Source: Rhizaria sp. SCN 62-66 (Eukaryota). From it: DNA of 49,262 nucleotides. The translations under genes were made by a program, and so were the position numbers. The notes under the pieces were generated by a model. It was not told where the DNA came from and searched no databases. It worked only from the letters and a program-made list of their open reading frames with translations. The stretch spans positions 1-49,262 of the forward strand of contig MEDY01000216.1 in NCBI GenBank assembly GCA_001724265.1, read 5' to 3'. Numbering within the stretch: position 1 is the first letter of the stretch; each line of letters begins with the position of its first letter. This document shows positions 22,601 to 31,785 of this stretch, in pieces.

Positions 22601-25368
22601 GCGCACGCCGCGTCGACGTCCAGGTCACCCGTAACGGTGAGCGCGCGCGTGCACGAGCCTACCGTCGGCACCAGCGGCAGCGGGCCCGTCTGCGTGCCGC
22701 TCGCGCTCGCGCTCATTCGCGCAAAGGCACCCGGGGCCGACGCGGCGGCGGTCGGCGCGGCCGAGACTAGGGTGCGCGCAGAGGTCGGCGCGGCGGCCAC
22801 AAGCGCGGCGCTCTTGGCCGAGCTGGTGTTGGTCGGCGAGCCCGGGGTGGCGCTGACGCTCGTGGTCATGGCGCGCGCGCTAAGCCGCTGCGGCAGCGGC
22901 GCCGGCTCGGCCGAGTCCCACACGCTCGCCTTGCCTGTGCCCGCGCTACTCGCGGTGCCCGCGCTGTTCGCGCTGCGCGCGCTGTTAAACTTGGGTGCGG
23001 CGGGCGCGGACGCGGAGAAGCTGTCGTCGCCGTAGTCGCCGTCATCGTCGACCGCGCTTGCGCCGCTCTTGAGCATCGGCACCGCCGCGGCGGCAGCGTT
23101 CGCGCCAGAGGGAGTAGCGGGGGTCGCGGCGTAGAAGCGCGGCTGCACCGGGACCTCCTTCTCCGTCGCCGGGCGCAGCCGCACGACGCTGCCCGCGCTC
23201 ACGGCGGCCGCGGTCACGCCGCGACTGGCACTCGCGGCGTCCTCGCCGTCCACGGCGGCGCTCGCGGCGGCCTTGGGCACGCCCTGCGCGGGGTCGTACG
23301 ACGGCGCCTGCGCCAGCGCCACCTCAGCCGCTGCGGCGCCCACGTACACGCCGCGCGAGGCCGCAGTGGCCGCGGGGGCGGCGACGGGCGCGATGTCCAG
23401 GTCGCCCGAGACCGAGTCGAGCGCGGCGTGCGCGGCCAGCCCGCGGGCGGGGCGCGGGGCCGCCGCGCGGCGCGCCGCCATCGACGCCGCCGAGCGCGGG
23501 GCCGCCGCGGCGTGCCACGGGGCACTCGCCACGGCGGGGACAGAAGATGGAGCTGAGGCTGGAGCGACGAGAGCCGCAGTGAAGGCGGCAGGAGTCTTGG
23601 TGGCGGTAACTGAGGTCGGCGCCGCGGTGGGCAGCGTGGTGGAGGAGGCGCGGCCGGAGAGCGGGCGGGGGTCGTCGTAGCTGCTTGCAGCAGTGGCCAC
23701 GCTCGCGGCGGGCTTCGCGGGTGCCGGTGCACTTGCGCTCGAGGTGGGACTCGAGGGGAACACACTCGCAAACGCGTTCGCGCTCGTGGCGGCCTTCGGT
23801 GCTGCTGTAGCCGTCGTGGCAGCCGCAGTGGTTGTGGCCGTGGCAGTGGCGGGGCGGGCGACGGGCGCCGCGGGCTCGGTGCTGCAGTCGCAGAGCGCGC
23901 GCACGGCCTCGCCGCGGCCGCGCGCCGGCACCCGTGCCCCCGCCGCGGCCCGGAGTGGCGCGGCGCCGGGGCCCGCAGTGTGGTAGGCGTCGGCCGTCAG
24001 CGTGGGCGGCGCCGAGGAGGCCGGCAGCGCGGTCCCATGCGGCGCGCGGCCCTCCACGTCCACGTTGCCGTCTGCGCGCGCGTCCAGCGCGGGGAAGGTC
24101 TGCGAGCTGGGCCGACGGCAGCGGAGCGCGCGGGAGCCGGGCGGGATGCCGGAGCCGGCGGCCGTCGTCGCCGAGGCGGAGCCGCTGCTCGAGAGCGGCT
24201 TCGGGACTGCGGCGGCGGGGGCTGCAGACACGGCTGAAGCGGCAGACACGGCGGGGCTCGGGGATCGCGCGGTGCTAAGCCCGCCAAAGTTCGTGCTTGA
24301 GCTGGAGCTGCTAGCACTGGGTGGAAACGCAACAATGGCAGCGGCGGCAGAGGTGGGAGCTGTGGGAGCGCTCACAGCCGGCTGCAGCTGCGCGGGTAGC
24401 GCGGCAACGACGCCAGTAAGGTGCGTGGCGTTCTGCGCGTAGAGCGCGGAGCCTGGCGCGGGCGGCAGCGCGCAGGCCGCGGCGGTGGACGTGGCCGGCA
24501 GCGCGGTGCCGGTGCAGTCGTGGGCGTGCGCGGGGGCTGGCCGCACGTCCACGGCCACGTCGCCGCCCGCGGGCGCGGACTCGGTTGCGGTCAGGCGGGG
24601 CCGCGAGGACGCCGCCGAGAGCGCTGTGCGCGGGCGCAGGACCGTCTGGGGGGCCTCGTAGACCGAGGGCATCGTCGCCGCGAGCGAAGCAGACGCAGAC
24701 GCAGAGGCAGAGGACGCAGGGGCAGAGGTGGTCGCAGTGGGACGCGCTGGAACGATGGAGACGCCGCGGGAGGAGGACACGAGCGGGGCGACCATGTCGG
24801 GGGTGACAAGTGCGGTGGCCGACGCGGGGGCCGTCGCGGGCACGGACGGGGCTGACGGGGCTGGAGCAGGGGCGAAGGCAGCGATCGAGGCCGAGGGGGC
24901 GAGCGCGGCGGCAGAGGGCGAGGGCGACAGCACCGGCGACGGCGTCATCGCGGGGGTCCCGATCGAGAAAGACCCCGCGCCCGTCGCGGCGGACGCGGAG
25001 GCCGACGCGGCGGAGGGAGCCAGCGAGCGCCGGCCAGCGGTCGGAGCAGCGGGGGCGCCCGTCGCGGCAGCACTGCTCGAGGACGAGGCGGCGACTGAGG
25101 GGGACGGACGGGCACTCAGCCGCGCGGACAGCGCCGAAGCGTCGAAGTCATCTTCGTAGGCCTCGCTGATGTCGATGGCGCTTGTGTTGGCGTTTGCGGC
25201 GGCAGCGGCAGCGGGGCTGGGGCCGAGTGCAACAGCGCCCCCAGGAGGAGGCGGCAGCGGCAGCGAAGAACTGCCGGTGGGCGCGGGGGCAGCGGACAAG
25301 GAAGGCTTCTTAGTGTTGGAAAGAATCTCATCTAGGTCAAGTGACATGTCGTCGTCGGTGAGCGACAT
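19636..25368 (-). CDS. Large low-complexity protein with a C-terminal myosin-tail TH1/PH-like domain (~1910 aa)
   Basis: The first in-frame ATG is at 25368 (MSLTDDD). The C-terminus VVYSDLVTHKD..ELRVLAVTDAALLV..RVPLKHVTALGL..TLVVFH..LVVLTPKRAEVVAVIQQA resembles Myosin_TH1. No motor domain is visible. Ends in TAA. Confidence 0.7.
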   Translation of the reverse strand: MSLTDDDMSLDLDEILSNTKKPSLSAAPAPTGSSSLPLPPPPGGAVALGPSPAAAAAANANTSAIDISEAYEDDFDASALSARLSARPSPSVAASSSSSAAATGAPAAPTAGRRSLAPSAASASASAATGAGSFSIGTPAMTPSPVLSPSPSAAALAPSASIAAFAPAPAPSAPSVPATAPASATALVTPDMVAPLVSSSRGVSIVPARPTATTSAPASSASASASASLAATMPSVYEAPQTVLRPRTALSAASSRPRLTATESAPAGGDVAVDVRPAPAHAHDCTGTALPATSTAAACALPPAPGSALYAQNATHLTGVVAALPAQLQPAVSAPTAPTSAAAAIVAFPPSASSSSSSTNFGGLSTARSPSPAVSAASAVSAAPAAAVPKPLSSSGSASATTAAGSGIPPGSRALRCRRPSSQTFPALDARADGNVDVEGRAPHGTALPASSAPPTLTADAYHTAGPGAAPLRAAAGARVPARGRGEAVRALCDCSTEPAAPVARPATATATTTAAATTATAAPKAATSANAFASVFPSSPTSSASAPAPAKPAASVATAASSYDDPRPLSGRASSTTLPTAAPTSVTATKTPAAFTAALVAPASAPSSVPAVASAPWHAAAAPRSAASMAARRAAAPRPARGLAAHAALDSVSGDLDIAPVAAPAATAASRGVYVGAAAAEVALAQAPSYDPAQGVPKAAASAAVDGEDAASASRGVTAAAVSAGSVVRLRPATEKEVPVQPRFYAATPATPSGANAAAAAVPMLKSGASAVDDDGDYGDDSFSASAPAAPKFNSARSANSAGTASSAGTGKASVWDSAEPAPLPQRLSARAMTTSVSATPGSPTNTSSAKSAALVAAAPTSARTLVSAAPTAAASAPGAFARMSASASGTQTGPLPLVPTVGSCTRALTVTGDLDVDAACAHGKDITARAPANEPLAKRAAGDPVFAPYCPADHVRTNPQPRKPAQHAAAPAGASYAGASVTAGGSAGAATPRVAATAAAASAPSVARQPSSSAGSSSSPAAKPFQPAAASAASSSQAAANALALAAAARRAPSGASSTVATASAASLADTLPTLPRPAVVAPVGETLDVTQPAVAETLRTAFSLVQRIHAVLTHAARDAAAAATAATAPTPAEAAAGSVAGAAVATVTRLLGALDALVLEPSADARGGSAGAVQYPSWIAGDIDRVAAQLAALSELERWCRANAPALKEQAQQRARAAAATGQARAQAGALLKEREARLQAFEGNAGVLNDDLARTAAAHAAPGLAGQPVPAAASGTGAATGRARPASARPTPGPTAAAATPSRRPLSATAAGADSGSTTRGVSLARSLANGGGSNSSVVAGGSAGDAQGKAWRPAGAAIAPPRQLAGTWGAGATANAASGERAALRAERQRQRSALAGRASASAAAGGGGAQQGFASSYRRPSYSQQAQAQEGDEDGGFGSASRGVALTRAAPAAAPAAAAAAAPAVDTSAALAALQQTVLSQQTLLSTYISLQQQQREMDKERAELDAQRRSLAAAAGAPGSSAPALALDDATGSAAPAPAAAAAAAAAQEPTVAVAVGLASSLSSVMAQMQTQTLLLTALLSRSGAMGAMGGLGAMGSMGAMGGMVVPPQLLAHTQQQMAGLGQLGQQLPSLLPPQQQQPPQQQSMWPQYQPQSGAVVEPRPDTPPAANNGGFEPGSRGVALFSRPEPVAAAPAPAATPAAAPQAASSGGYIPPKYMTTLRTGPASAAFAASRGIGLSAPAALPAALDSMSLRSDAHWRAAATAAAEAPGSSVVYSDLVTHKDVAAPAGELRVLAVTDAALLVSGPEDAAAAGANADAVRVLERVPLKHVTALGLARASTHTLVVFHGAPGAAQQKRLVVLTPKRAEVVAVIQQARAAAAGEGGAEVKPLPFQLVEGAELVPTA

Positions 25369-25853
25369 GTGGCGCGGGAAACGGCCGAACAGGCAATGGA
25401 ACGAAGGGAGTGGAGTGCTGAAGTGTGTGGGGGAAAAGACGTCTGCAAAAAGAATCGGAAACACATTTGGATTGAGGTGTGAAGATTTATAACTTAGTGT
25501 TTGGAAATATCAACAAACGCAACTGTTCGTACACCCAGATAAATTTCGAAATGTCGATACATGTACTTCGCAATACTCGTGTTTAGTCTGCTCGGGTAAC
25601 AGCTCGTTTAAACCAACCGCAAGCAAGAGCTGGTCCGATATAGCCGTTAGTGCTACGAAGAAGCGGTGTTCGCTCAGCGTTTCACGTGGTGATACCGTAA
25701 TTATACAGTAAATTCGTAAAATATCTACTCTATCGTGTGTAGCGTGACTTCTTATAGTTGTTATTCAAATTGTATTTCTTCAAAACTTGTTATTTGTTCC
25801 TTCAACCCGTACCGCGGTTCCAGCTCTTCGACCACTAGAACTGACGACCCGCC

Positions 25854-28800
25854 ATGAGCGACACCGAGCCCACCACGCTCACCGGCGCACCTATCCACGT
25901 GCAGCCGCGTCTGCTCGACACAAGCGGTCACACTGTAACCGCTGAGCCGCATTACATTGCAGCTGGGACCCTTCCCGTTGCTCTGTCCCGCGCCGCATCA
26001 GCTTCCCCGGCTATGTCCGCTTCCTCCTCTGCCGCGCCTGTCGCCGTCCCCGCTGTCGAGCCCGGTCCAGGCTGCGCGACCGGCTTTGGCACCGCTAGCC
26101 TGCATGGCCACACCCCCGCTGCGCACTCACGCACGCCGTCCTCGCTGCCGCCCTCGCCCGTGCCGCACGTGTCGCACTTCACGGGCGACGCCAATGCGAA
26201 CAACACCGCGCACCAGCAGCAGCAGCAGCAGCCCCAACAGCAGCATCCGTTCTCGCCCTCGCCGGCTGCGCTGCCCATGCCGCCTGTTGCGCCGGGCGCT
26301 GTTGTGACCGACAGCATGCGCTACATGAACGACTCCGACGCGTTTGAGTCCGAAAACGGCCACGCAAACGACAACAACAACGACAACGACCAGTGCAATG
26401 ACGAGCCTGAGCACGAGCACAAGTCCCCCAGTCTTCTTCCCGCTGCCACCAACACGAGCGTGAACGTCAGCGCTAAGCCCTCTGTCTCAGCTTCAGCCTC
26501 AGCCTCAGCCGCCGACTCAACCTACAGCCCCCCCTACTCAAAGCAGTCGCAGTTGCAGCCGCAGCAACAGCACTCGGTGCCGCCGTCGCGGGGCTACTCC
26601 TTCACGGCGTCCCCGGGCCCGTCGATCCCCGCGGCTGCGGCGAACGCGTCACTGGGCGCGCTGGAGCGGCGGCTGGCGCAGGAGGCGGCCCGCAGCGAGC
26701 GGCTGCACGCGCAGCTGCTGACCGCCACGGCCGAGGCCGACGCCGCGCGCCGCGACGCCTCCGCGGCGGCGTACCAGCGCGACGCGGCCGCGGCCGAGCT
26801 CAAGGCCACGCGCGAACGCTACGGCGAGGCGCGCGCGAAGCTCACCGCGGTGGAGACCAAGTTTGCGACCAATACGGGCGGCCCGCTGATGGCCGCTCAC
26901 AAGCAGATCGGGCTCCTCAAGCAGCAGGCCGCTGACTTGGAGCTGGAGCTAGCCGAGCAACGCGCCGCGCGCGCACAGGAGGCTACGGCGGCGGCGGAGC
27001 AACGCGCGTACGTGGACGTGCTGAAGCGCGCGCTCGCGGTGCGCGCAGCCGAGGTGGCGGCGGCGCTGGGGCAGGCGCCCGTAGACGCGCAGGCCGCGCT
27101 GGTGCTGGGCGGCGTCAGCTGCAAGACGCTCATGCACGTCGCGGGCGTCGCACGGCAGGGCGCGCTGCAGGAGGACCTGCGCGCCGTCACAGAGCGCGCC
27201 GTTGAGCTGCAGTCGCGGCTGGAGCGCTGCGTCGCCGAGGGCCAGACCGCGCTGGCGGGCGCGCTCGCGCAGGCCGAGGCGGAGCGGCAGCGCGCGGCCG
27301 ACGCGGCGGCGGCGCGGCTGGCCGACGTTCAGGCGCGGCTGCGCGGCATTGCCGACGGGCTGGCGGCCGAGCTGACGGCGGAGCGCGAGGCGCGCGCGGC
27401 CGAGGCGGCAGCGGCGGCGGAGGAGACGGCGCGGCTCGCGCAGCAGGTGCGCACCCGCACCGTGGAGATCGAGTCGCTGCTCACGGTCATCGACGACTGG
27501 CGCGGCAAAGAGGCCGCGGGTCGCGAGCGCGAGGCGGCGGCTGCGACAGAGGCGGCGCAGCAGCAGCAGCGGTGGGACAGCCAGGAGCTCGCGTGGCGCC
27601 AGGCGCTCGACGCCGCCAACGCGCGCATCACCGAGGTTACCGAGGCCTACAACACGGTCGCGCCCGCGGCAGGAGAAGCGCCACAGCTGCGCTCGCTGCT
27701 CGCAGGCGCCACAGCGCGCGCCACGACGGTCGAGGCCGCGCTGACCGAGGCGGCCCGCCAGCGCGCGCGCCTGTGCCGGCGCATCGCGGCGCAGCGGGCC
27801 GCGCTGGCTGCGGCTGGGGACGTGCTGGCGGCGCACGCCGCAGCCGCGCCCAGCGTGCACGCGGCCGTCTCCGCGCTTGTCCACAGCGGCGGCCACGGCG
27901 GCGTGCGCGCGAGCACTGGCGCGACGTCGGAGCTCAGCGACGCCGCGGGCAAGGTCGCCGCCGAGGCCGCAGCGTTAGTGCGCGCGCGCGCTGCGTTTGC
28001 GACTGCGGCCGAGAGCCTCACGGCTGAGTTCTGCGGCAAGGCTGACGGCAACGACAGCTGTGCCGATGCTGACTGCGACGATGGCGACAACACTTTCTCG
28101 CAAGAGCGCGCAGCCATCGCGTCCGCGATTGCGGCTGCCACGGCATTGGCCCCTGTGGCCGCGACCGAGGCTGCCGCAGCGCGCCGCGCCTTATCTGAGG
28201 CCTCCGCGGCTGCGGCCGAGTCCGCCGCGCTGGCCGACCGCCACGCCGCGGCCGCCGCGCGCGAGACGCGGGCCGCGGCCGAGGCGGTCACGCAGCGCGA
28301 CGCCGCGCGGCGCGACGCGGAGGCCGCGCGCAGGGACGCCGACGCGGCGTACAACGCACGCGGCGATGCGGAGCGCGAGGTGGCCGCGCTGGCGGGCGAG
28401 TTTGAAGCGATCAAGCGCGAGGCCGCGGCGCGCGCCGGTGCGGAGCGCGAACTGCGCGAGAGCGAGCTGCGCGACCGCGAGCAGCAACAGCGCGACCGTG
28501 AGCGCGACCGTGAGCGCGACCGCGAGCGCGAGCTGAAGGACCGTGAGGAGCGCGAGCGTGACGAGAAGGAGAGCGCGCGCCGCGTCTCGCTTGCCTCGGC
28601 CGCTGCCGCGGAGGAGCAGGCGCAGACGTGGCGCGCGCGCGCGCGCGAGGCCGAGGCCGCCGCGGCCTCCGTGGCCGACGCCGCTGCGGCCGCGGCCGAG
28701 GAGGAGCGCCGCCAGGCCGCGCGGCGCGAGGGGGCGCTGCGGCGCCGCGCCGAGGCCGCCGAGCGCAGGCAGGCTGAAGCCGACGCCGAGGTGGAGCGCG

Positions 28801-29366
28801 CCAGGGCCGAGGCCGCGAACGCGAAGAAAGAGCTCAAGCGCACTGTGACTCTGACGACCAACGCGAACAGCAGCAACAGCAGCCGTTACGATGATGGCAC
28901 GTTTGAGCCCAGGACTGCGGCAGCTGCCGCTGCTGCTGCCGCTGCGGCCGCCGCCGTGGCTGCCGTGACCCCCAAGAAGGGCGCTCGTGGCCTAGGTGAC
29001 AGCAACAACTACGGCAAGGGACATAGTTCTAGCCGTGGCAGCGCAAGTGTGCACTCGAGTGACAGCGATGATAATGAGAACGACTACCGCCGCAGTCGCC
29101 CCGCCCACGGTCACTCTGCCCACAGTCGCGGCGGCGTTGAGTACCAAGTGAGCGGCGAGATCTGCATCTCTCCCCGCAAGTCTGCTCACGGCCACTCTGC
29201 TGCCCAGCGCAGCACCAGCGGACAGGCGCGCAAGCAGCTATTTGACGGCAGCAGCCACGGCAGCTCGCGCCATAGTAGCGGCGCGGGGGCTGAAGTCGGT
29301 GGATTGGACGCGCGCATGAAGCGCATCCAAGAGACATTTGCCCGCCTCAAGGCTGGCCGTCTGTGA
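25854..29366 (+). CDS. Hypothetical long coiled-coil protein (1170 aa)
   Basis: Single long ORF with start context CCGCCATG, extensive A/E/R-rich helical heptads and an RDRE repeat. Ends in TGA before an AT-rich spacer. Confidence 0.85.
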   Translation: MSDTEPTTLTGAPIHVQPRLLDTSGHTVTAEPHYIAAGTLPVALSRAASASPAMSASSSAAPVAVPAVEPGPGCATGFGTASLHGHTPAAHSRTPSSLPPSPVPHVSHFTGDANANNTAHQQQQQQPQQQHPFSPSPAALPMPPVAPGAVVTDSMRYMNDSDAFESENGHANDNNNDNDQCNDEPEHEHKSPSLLPAATNTSVNVSAKPSVSASASASAADSTYSPPYSKQSQLQPQQQHSVPPSRGYSFTASPGPSIPAAAANASLGALERRLAQEAARSERLHAQLLTATAEADAARRDASAAAYQRDAAAAELKATRERYGEARAKLTAVETKFATNTGGPLMAAHKQIGLLKQQAADLELELAEQRAARAQEATAAAEQRAYVDVLKRALAVRAAEVAAALGQAPVDAQAALVLGGVSCKTLMHVAGVARQGALQEDLRAVTERAVELQSRLERCVAEGQTALAGALAQAEAERQRAADAAAARLADVQARLRGIADGLAAELTAEREARAAEAAAAAEETARLAQQVRTRTVEIESLLTVIDDWRGKEAAGREREAAAATEAAQQQQRWDSQELAWRQALDAANARITEVTEAYNTVAPAAGEAPQLRSLLAGATARATTVEAALTEAARQRARLCRRIAAQRAALAAAGDVLAAHAAAAPSVHAAVSALVHSGGHGGVRASTGATSELSDAAGKVAAEAAALVRARAAFATAAESLTAEFCGKADGNDSCADADCDDGDNTFSQERAAIASAIAAATALAPVAATEAAAARRALSEASAAAAESAALADRHAAAAARETRAAAEAVTQRDAARRDAEAARRDADAAYNARGDAEREVAALAGEFEAIKREAAARAGAERELRESELRDREQQQRDRERDRERDRERELKDREERERDEKESARRVSLASAAAAEEQAQTWRARAREAEAAAASVADAAAAAAEEERRQAARREGALRRRAEAAERRQAEADAEVERARAEAANAKKELKRTVTLTTNANSSNSSRYDDGTFEPRTAAAAAAAAAAAAAVAAVTPKKGARGLGDSNNYGKGHSSSRGSASVHSSDSDDNENDYRRSRPAHGHSAHSRGGVEYQVSGEICISPRKSAHGHSAAQRSTSGQARKQLFDGSSHGSSRHSSGAGAEVGGLDARMKRIQETFARLKAGRL

Positions 29367-29642
29367 GACTATTGTGCTGTGACTGGAAAGGACGCTATTG
29401 TAGCGTCCGATCCGTGAAAATGTGAACGGATGGTGCGACTGTAGGCAACGAGAAGACCGTTGTCCGGCACATATGACACACTGCCAAACATAGCAACAGG
29501 AATGTTCAATGAGGCCAAGCAATGATTGAGAGTGTCAATAACAACAAAGAAATAAATTGTTTGATTCGTTTATTCATCTTGATATCAACGGCGGTGAATT
29601 GTATTTCGAAGTGTCACACAATACGTCACAATCACTGTTTTT

Positions 29643-31549
29643 TTACAGCCGCCTTTGTTGTTGCTGCTGCTGCAACATCTGTTCTTGCAGACTTACCGAC
29701 CCAGAGCTTGCAATGAGCACTACACGGCGCTTTTGGTCCGCGCCAGCAAGCCTCATCCGAATCAGGTCGTGCGCGCTCAGACGCGATGCTGCGCCGCGTT
29801 GTTGCGGGGTTGCCGCAGCGCCGCCTGCTGCCTGTTGCGCACCGGCATTCGTGTTGCCTGTACTAGTCGCGTTTTCCTTGTCCTCTGTGGTATCAGACTC
29901 GTTTGCATGCCTGCTTAAAGCGCTGCTGCGCTGTTTTGCTGTCCTTGCTCTTAACGCAGCAGCAGAAGTCCTTGTTTTGTTGCTCACAGCTGGCCCCGCT
30001 GCAGTTGCAGCGTCTAACGCCGCGCTAATTTGAGCCGCTGCCTCTGTGCCAGGTTCCAGCGCGGCCACCGGCGACGGCAGCGGCAGCGTATGCGATCGCG
30101 TGGTATCGGCCTCGGTTTTCACATCAGCACTGCTTGCTGTATCGGAAGTTTTGCGAAGAGATGAGGCAGTGACAATTGGCGATGCCGCAGAACGGGCGGC
30201 GGAAGCTACTGCAGCAGCTGCTGCAACAGCGGCGGCTGCGGCAGAGACAGGCACTGCAAGGGCGGCGCGCACAGACGCGGGTTGGCGGGGCAGGGGCAGT
30301 GGCGACAGCGGCAGCGGGGACGATGACGCCTCTGCCGTTCGAGCCCCGGCTGCAGGTGACTGAGAGCGCACCGAGTGCCGACGCCTGCTTGTATGAACTT
30401 GAGACGGGGGGCTAAACTGAAAGCTTATATCATTGCCACTTGCGTCCGAGCGAATTGTCAATGGTGATAGGCCTGCTGTTGTGCGCCCTAAATCCGACTG
30501 GCTAGGTGCAGGGTAGAACGAGAACGTTTGATCGCTCTCGTCGCCACTGTCGCTTTCGCCGTAGCGTCGGTCATTGCGCCGTCTGCGTTGTCGCTGGTGC
30601 AGACGACGCTGCCCAGTCGCGCCTAACCTTGCAGCAGCGCCAGTGCTAGTGCCCGCTCTATTTTGACTACTTAGATCATCGTCCACTTTTGTTTGCGAAT
30701 CTAGTCGCTGTGAAAATGAGTTGTGGAGTGAGAGCGCGCGGAGGCCCCGGGTATCGAACGCATGACCAGCCCTCCCGCCCCAGTTCGCCAAACCACTCCA
30801 CGCCGCCACTAGCGCGGCAAGTGAGATGAAAGTGGTGAGGACTACGACCGCGGCCTTGCCTGCATCACGTCCTGGCAGCAGCGAGGGGAATGGCGAGGGG
30901 GCCCAGTCGCCAGCGCCCGCCCACAACCAGGGGGCAGCGGAGCGTGCGAGTGATGAAGGATGGAGTTGAAGATGAAAGATTGTAACTGGCTCGTCAAGGG
31001 TCACAGTGAGTGTGGTGGGCGCAAAGAGTGGAGACGAGAGTGGGAGTACAGTACTTAAGCTGGCGGCCTTGGTTGCAGTGTTCATGGGAACTGATGAGGG
31101 GTTCAGAGAAACATGCGCACGCAGCGATGAAGAGAAAGTGGTGTTTTCTGGTAGAACCCAGTCTGCAATGATTGGGCCTGTGCGCAAAATGTCAGTTGAC
31201 AGTTCTTGTGAGATGTGAACAATACGAAACTATTTGTGCTTCAAGTCATGACGTGAGATTCGCTTAGTAAGCTTAAGAACGTACGGTATGGTGTCCAGGA
31301 GGTATAGAGCGTATCGAGAGTTTTCACAAGGCGAGTAGATGTTTCATCGTTTACGTAAAGAAACGTGATGACGACTGGAAGTGAGAGCGCTGGGTCAAGT
31401 GGCGCAGTGCAACTATCATCAGGAAGCACGATACCCTTCAGGAAAGCCGCCTCGTTGAGCGAGATTGGAGTTGTCGCTTCATCTGCCAATATGCCTAAGC
31501 AGAGACACAATACCCCTATAAAAAGCAGCAAAGTCTCAGCAAGACCCAT
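29643..31549 (-). CDS. Predicted type I membrane protein (~599 aa); exons 31549-31285, 31177-29643
   Basis: Signal-peptide-like N-terminus (MGLAETLLLFIGVLCLCLGILA). Intron GTACGT..CTGAC..CACAG 31284-31178 is phase-compatible. TM-like segment AAVVVLTTFISLAALVAAWSGL precedes a disordered tail. Ends in TAA. Confidence 0.72.
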
Positions 31550-31785
31550 TATCTTTATCGAGGTTTAGAGCGGCAAAAATGAGACTGGCTAAAACTACTT
31601 CAAGTCGTTCTCGTCCCACTGGCTTGTTCGCGGTTGCATGATTCAGATTATTTTCAAGTTGTTCGAAATGCAAATAAAGTTAGTACTGTTTATTAAAGCA
31701 AAATGAATCTCATAGTATATATCAAATCGATAATAGAGGTTTGAATAGTGTTTGATGTCACATCATATTCCTCGTATGATCCCAC

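Noticed and set aside
25369-25464. ORF-track N-terminal extension MFPILFADV...
   Set aside because: It starts at a non-ATG codon in pyrimidine-rich, UTR-like sequence; the first ATG at 25368 is preferred.
28470-28565. GAGCGCGACCGT-type tandem repeat
   Set aside because: It simply encodes an RDRE charged tract within the CDS; it is not a CRISPR array or a mobile element.
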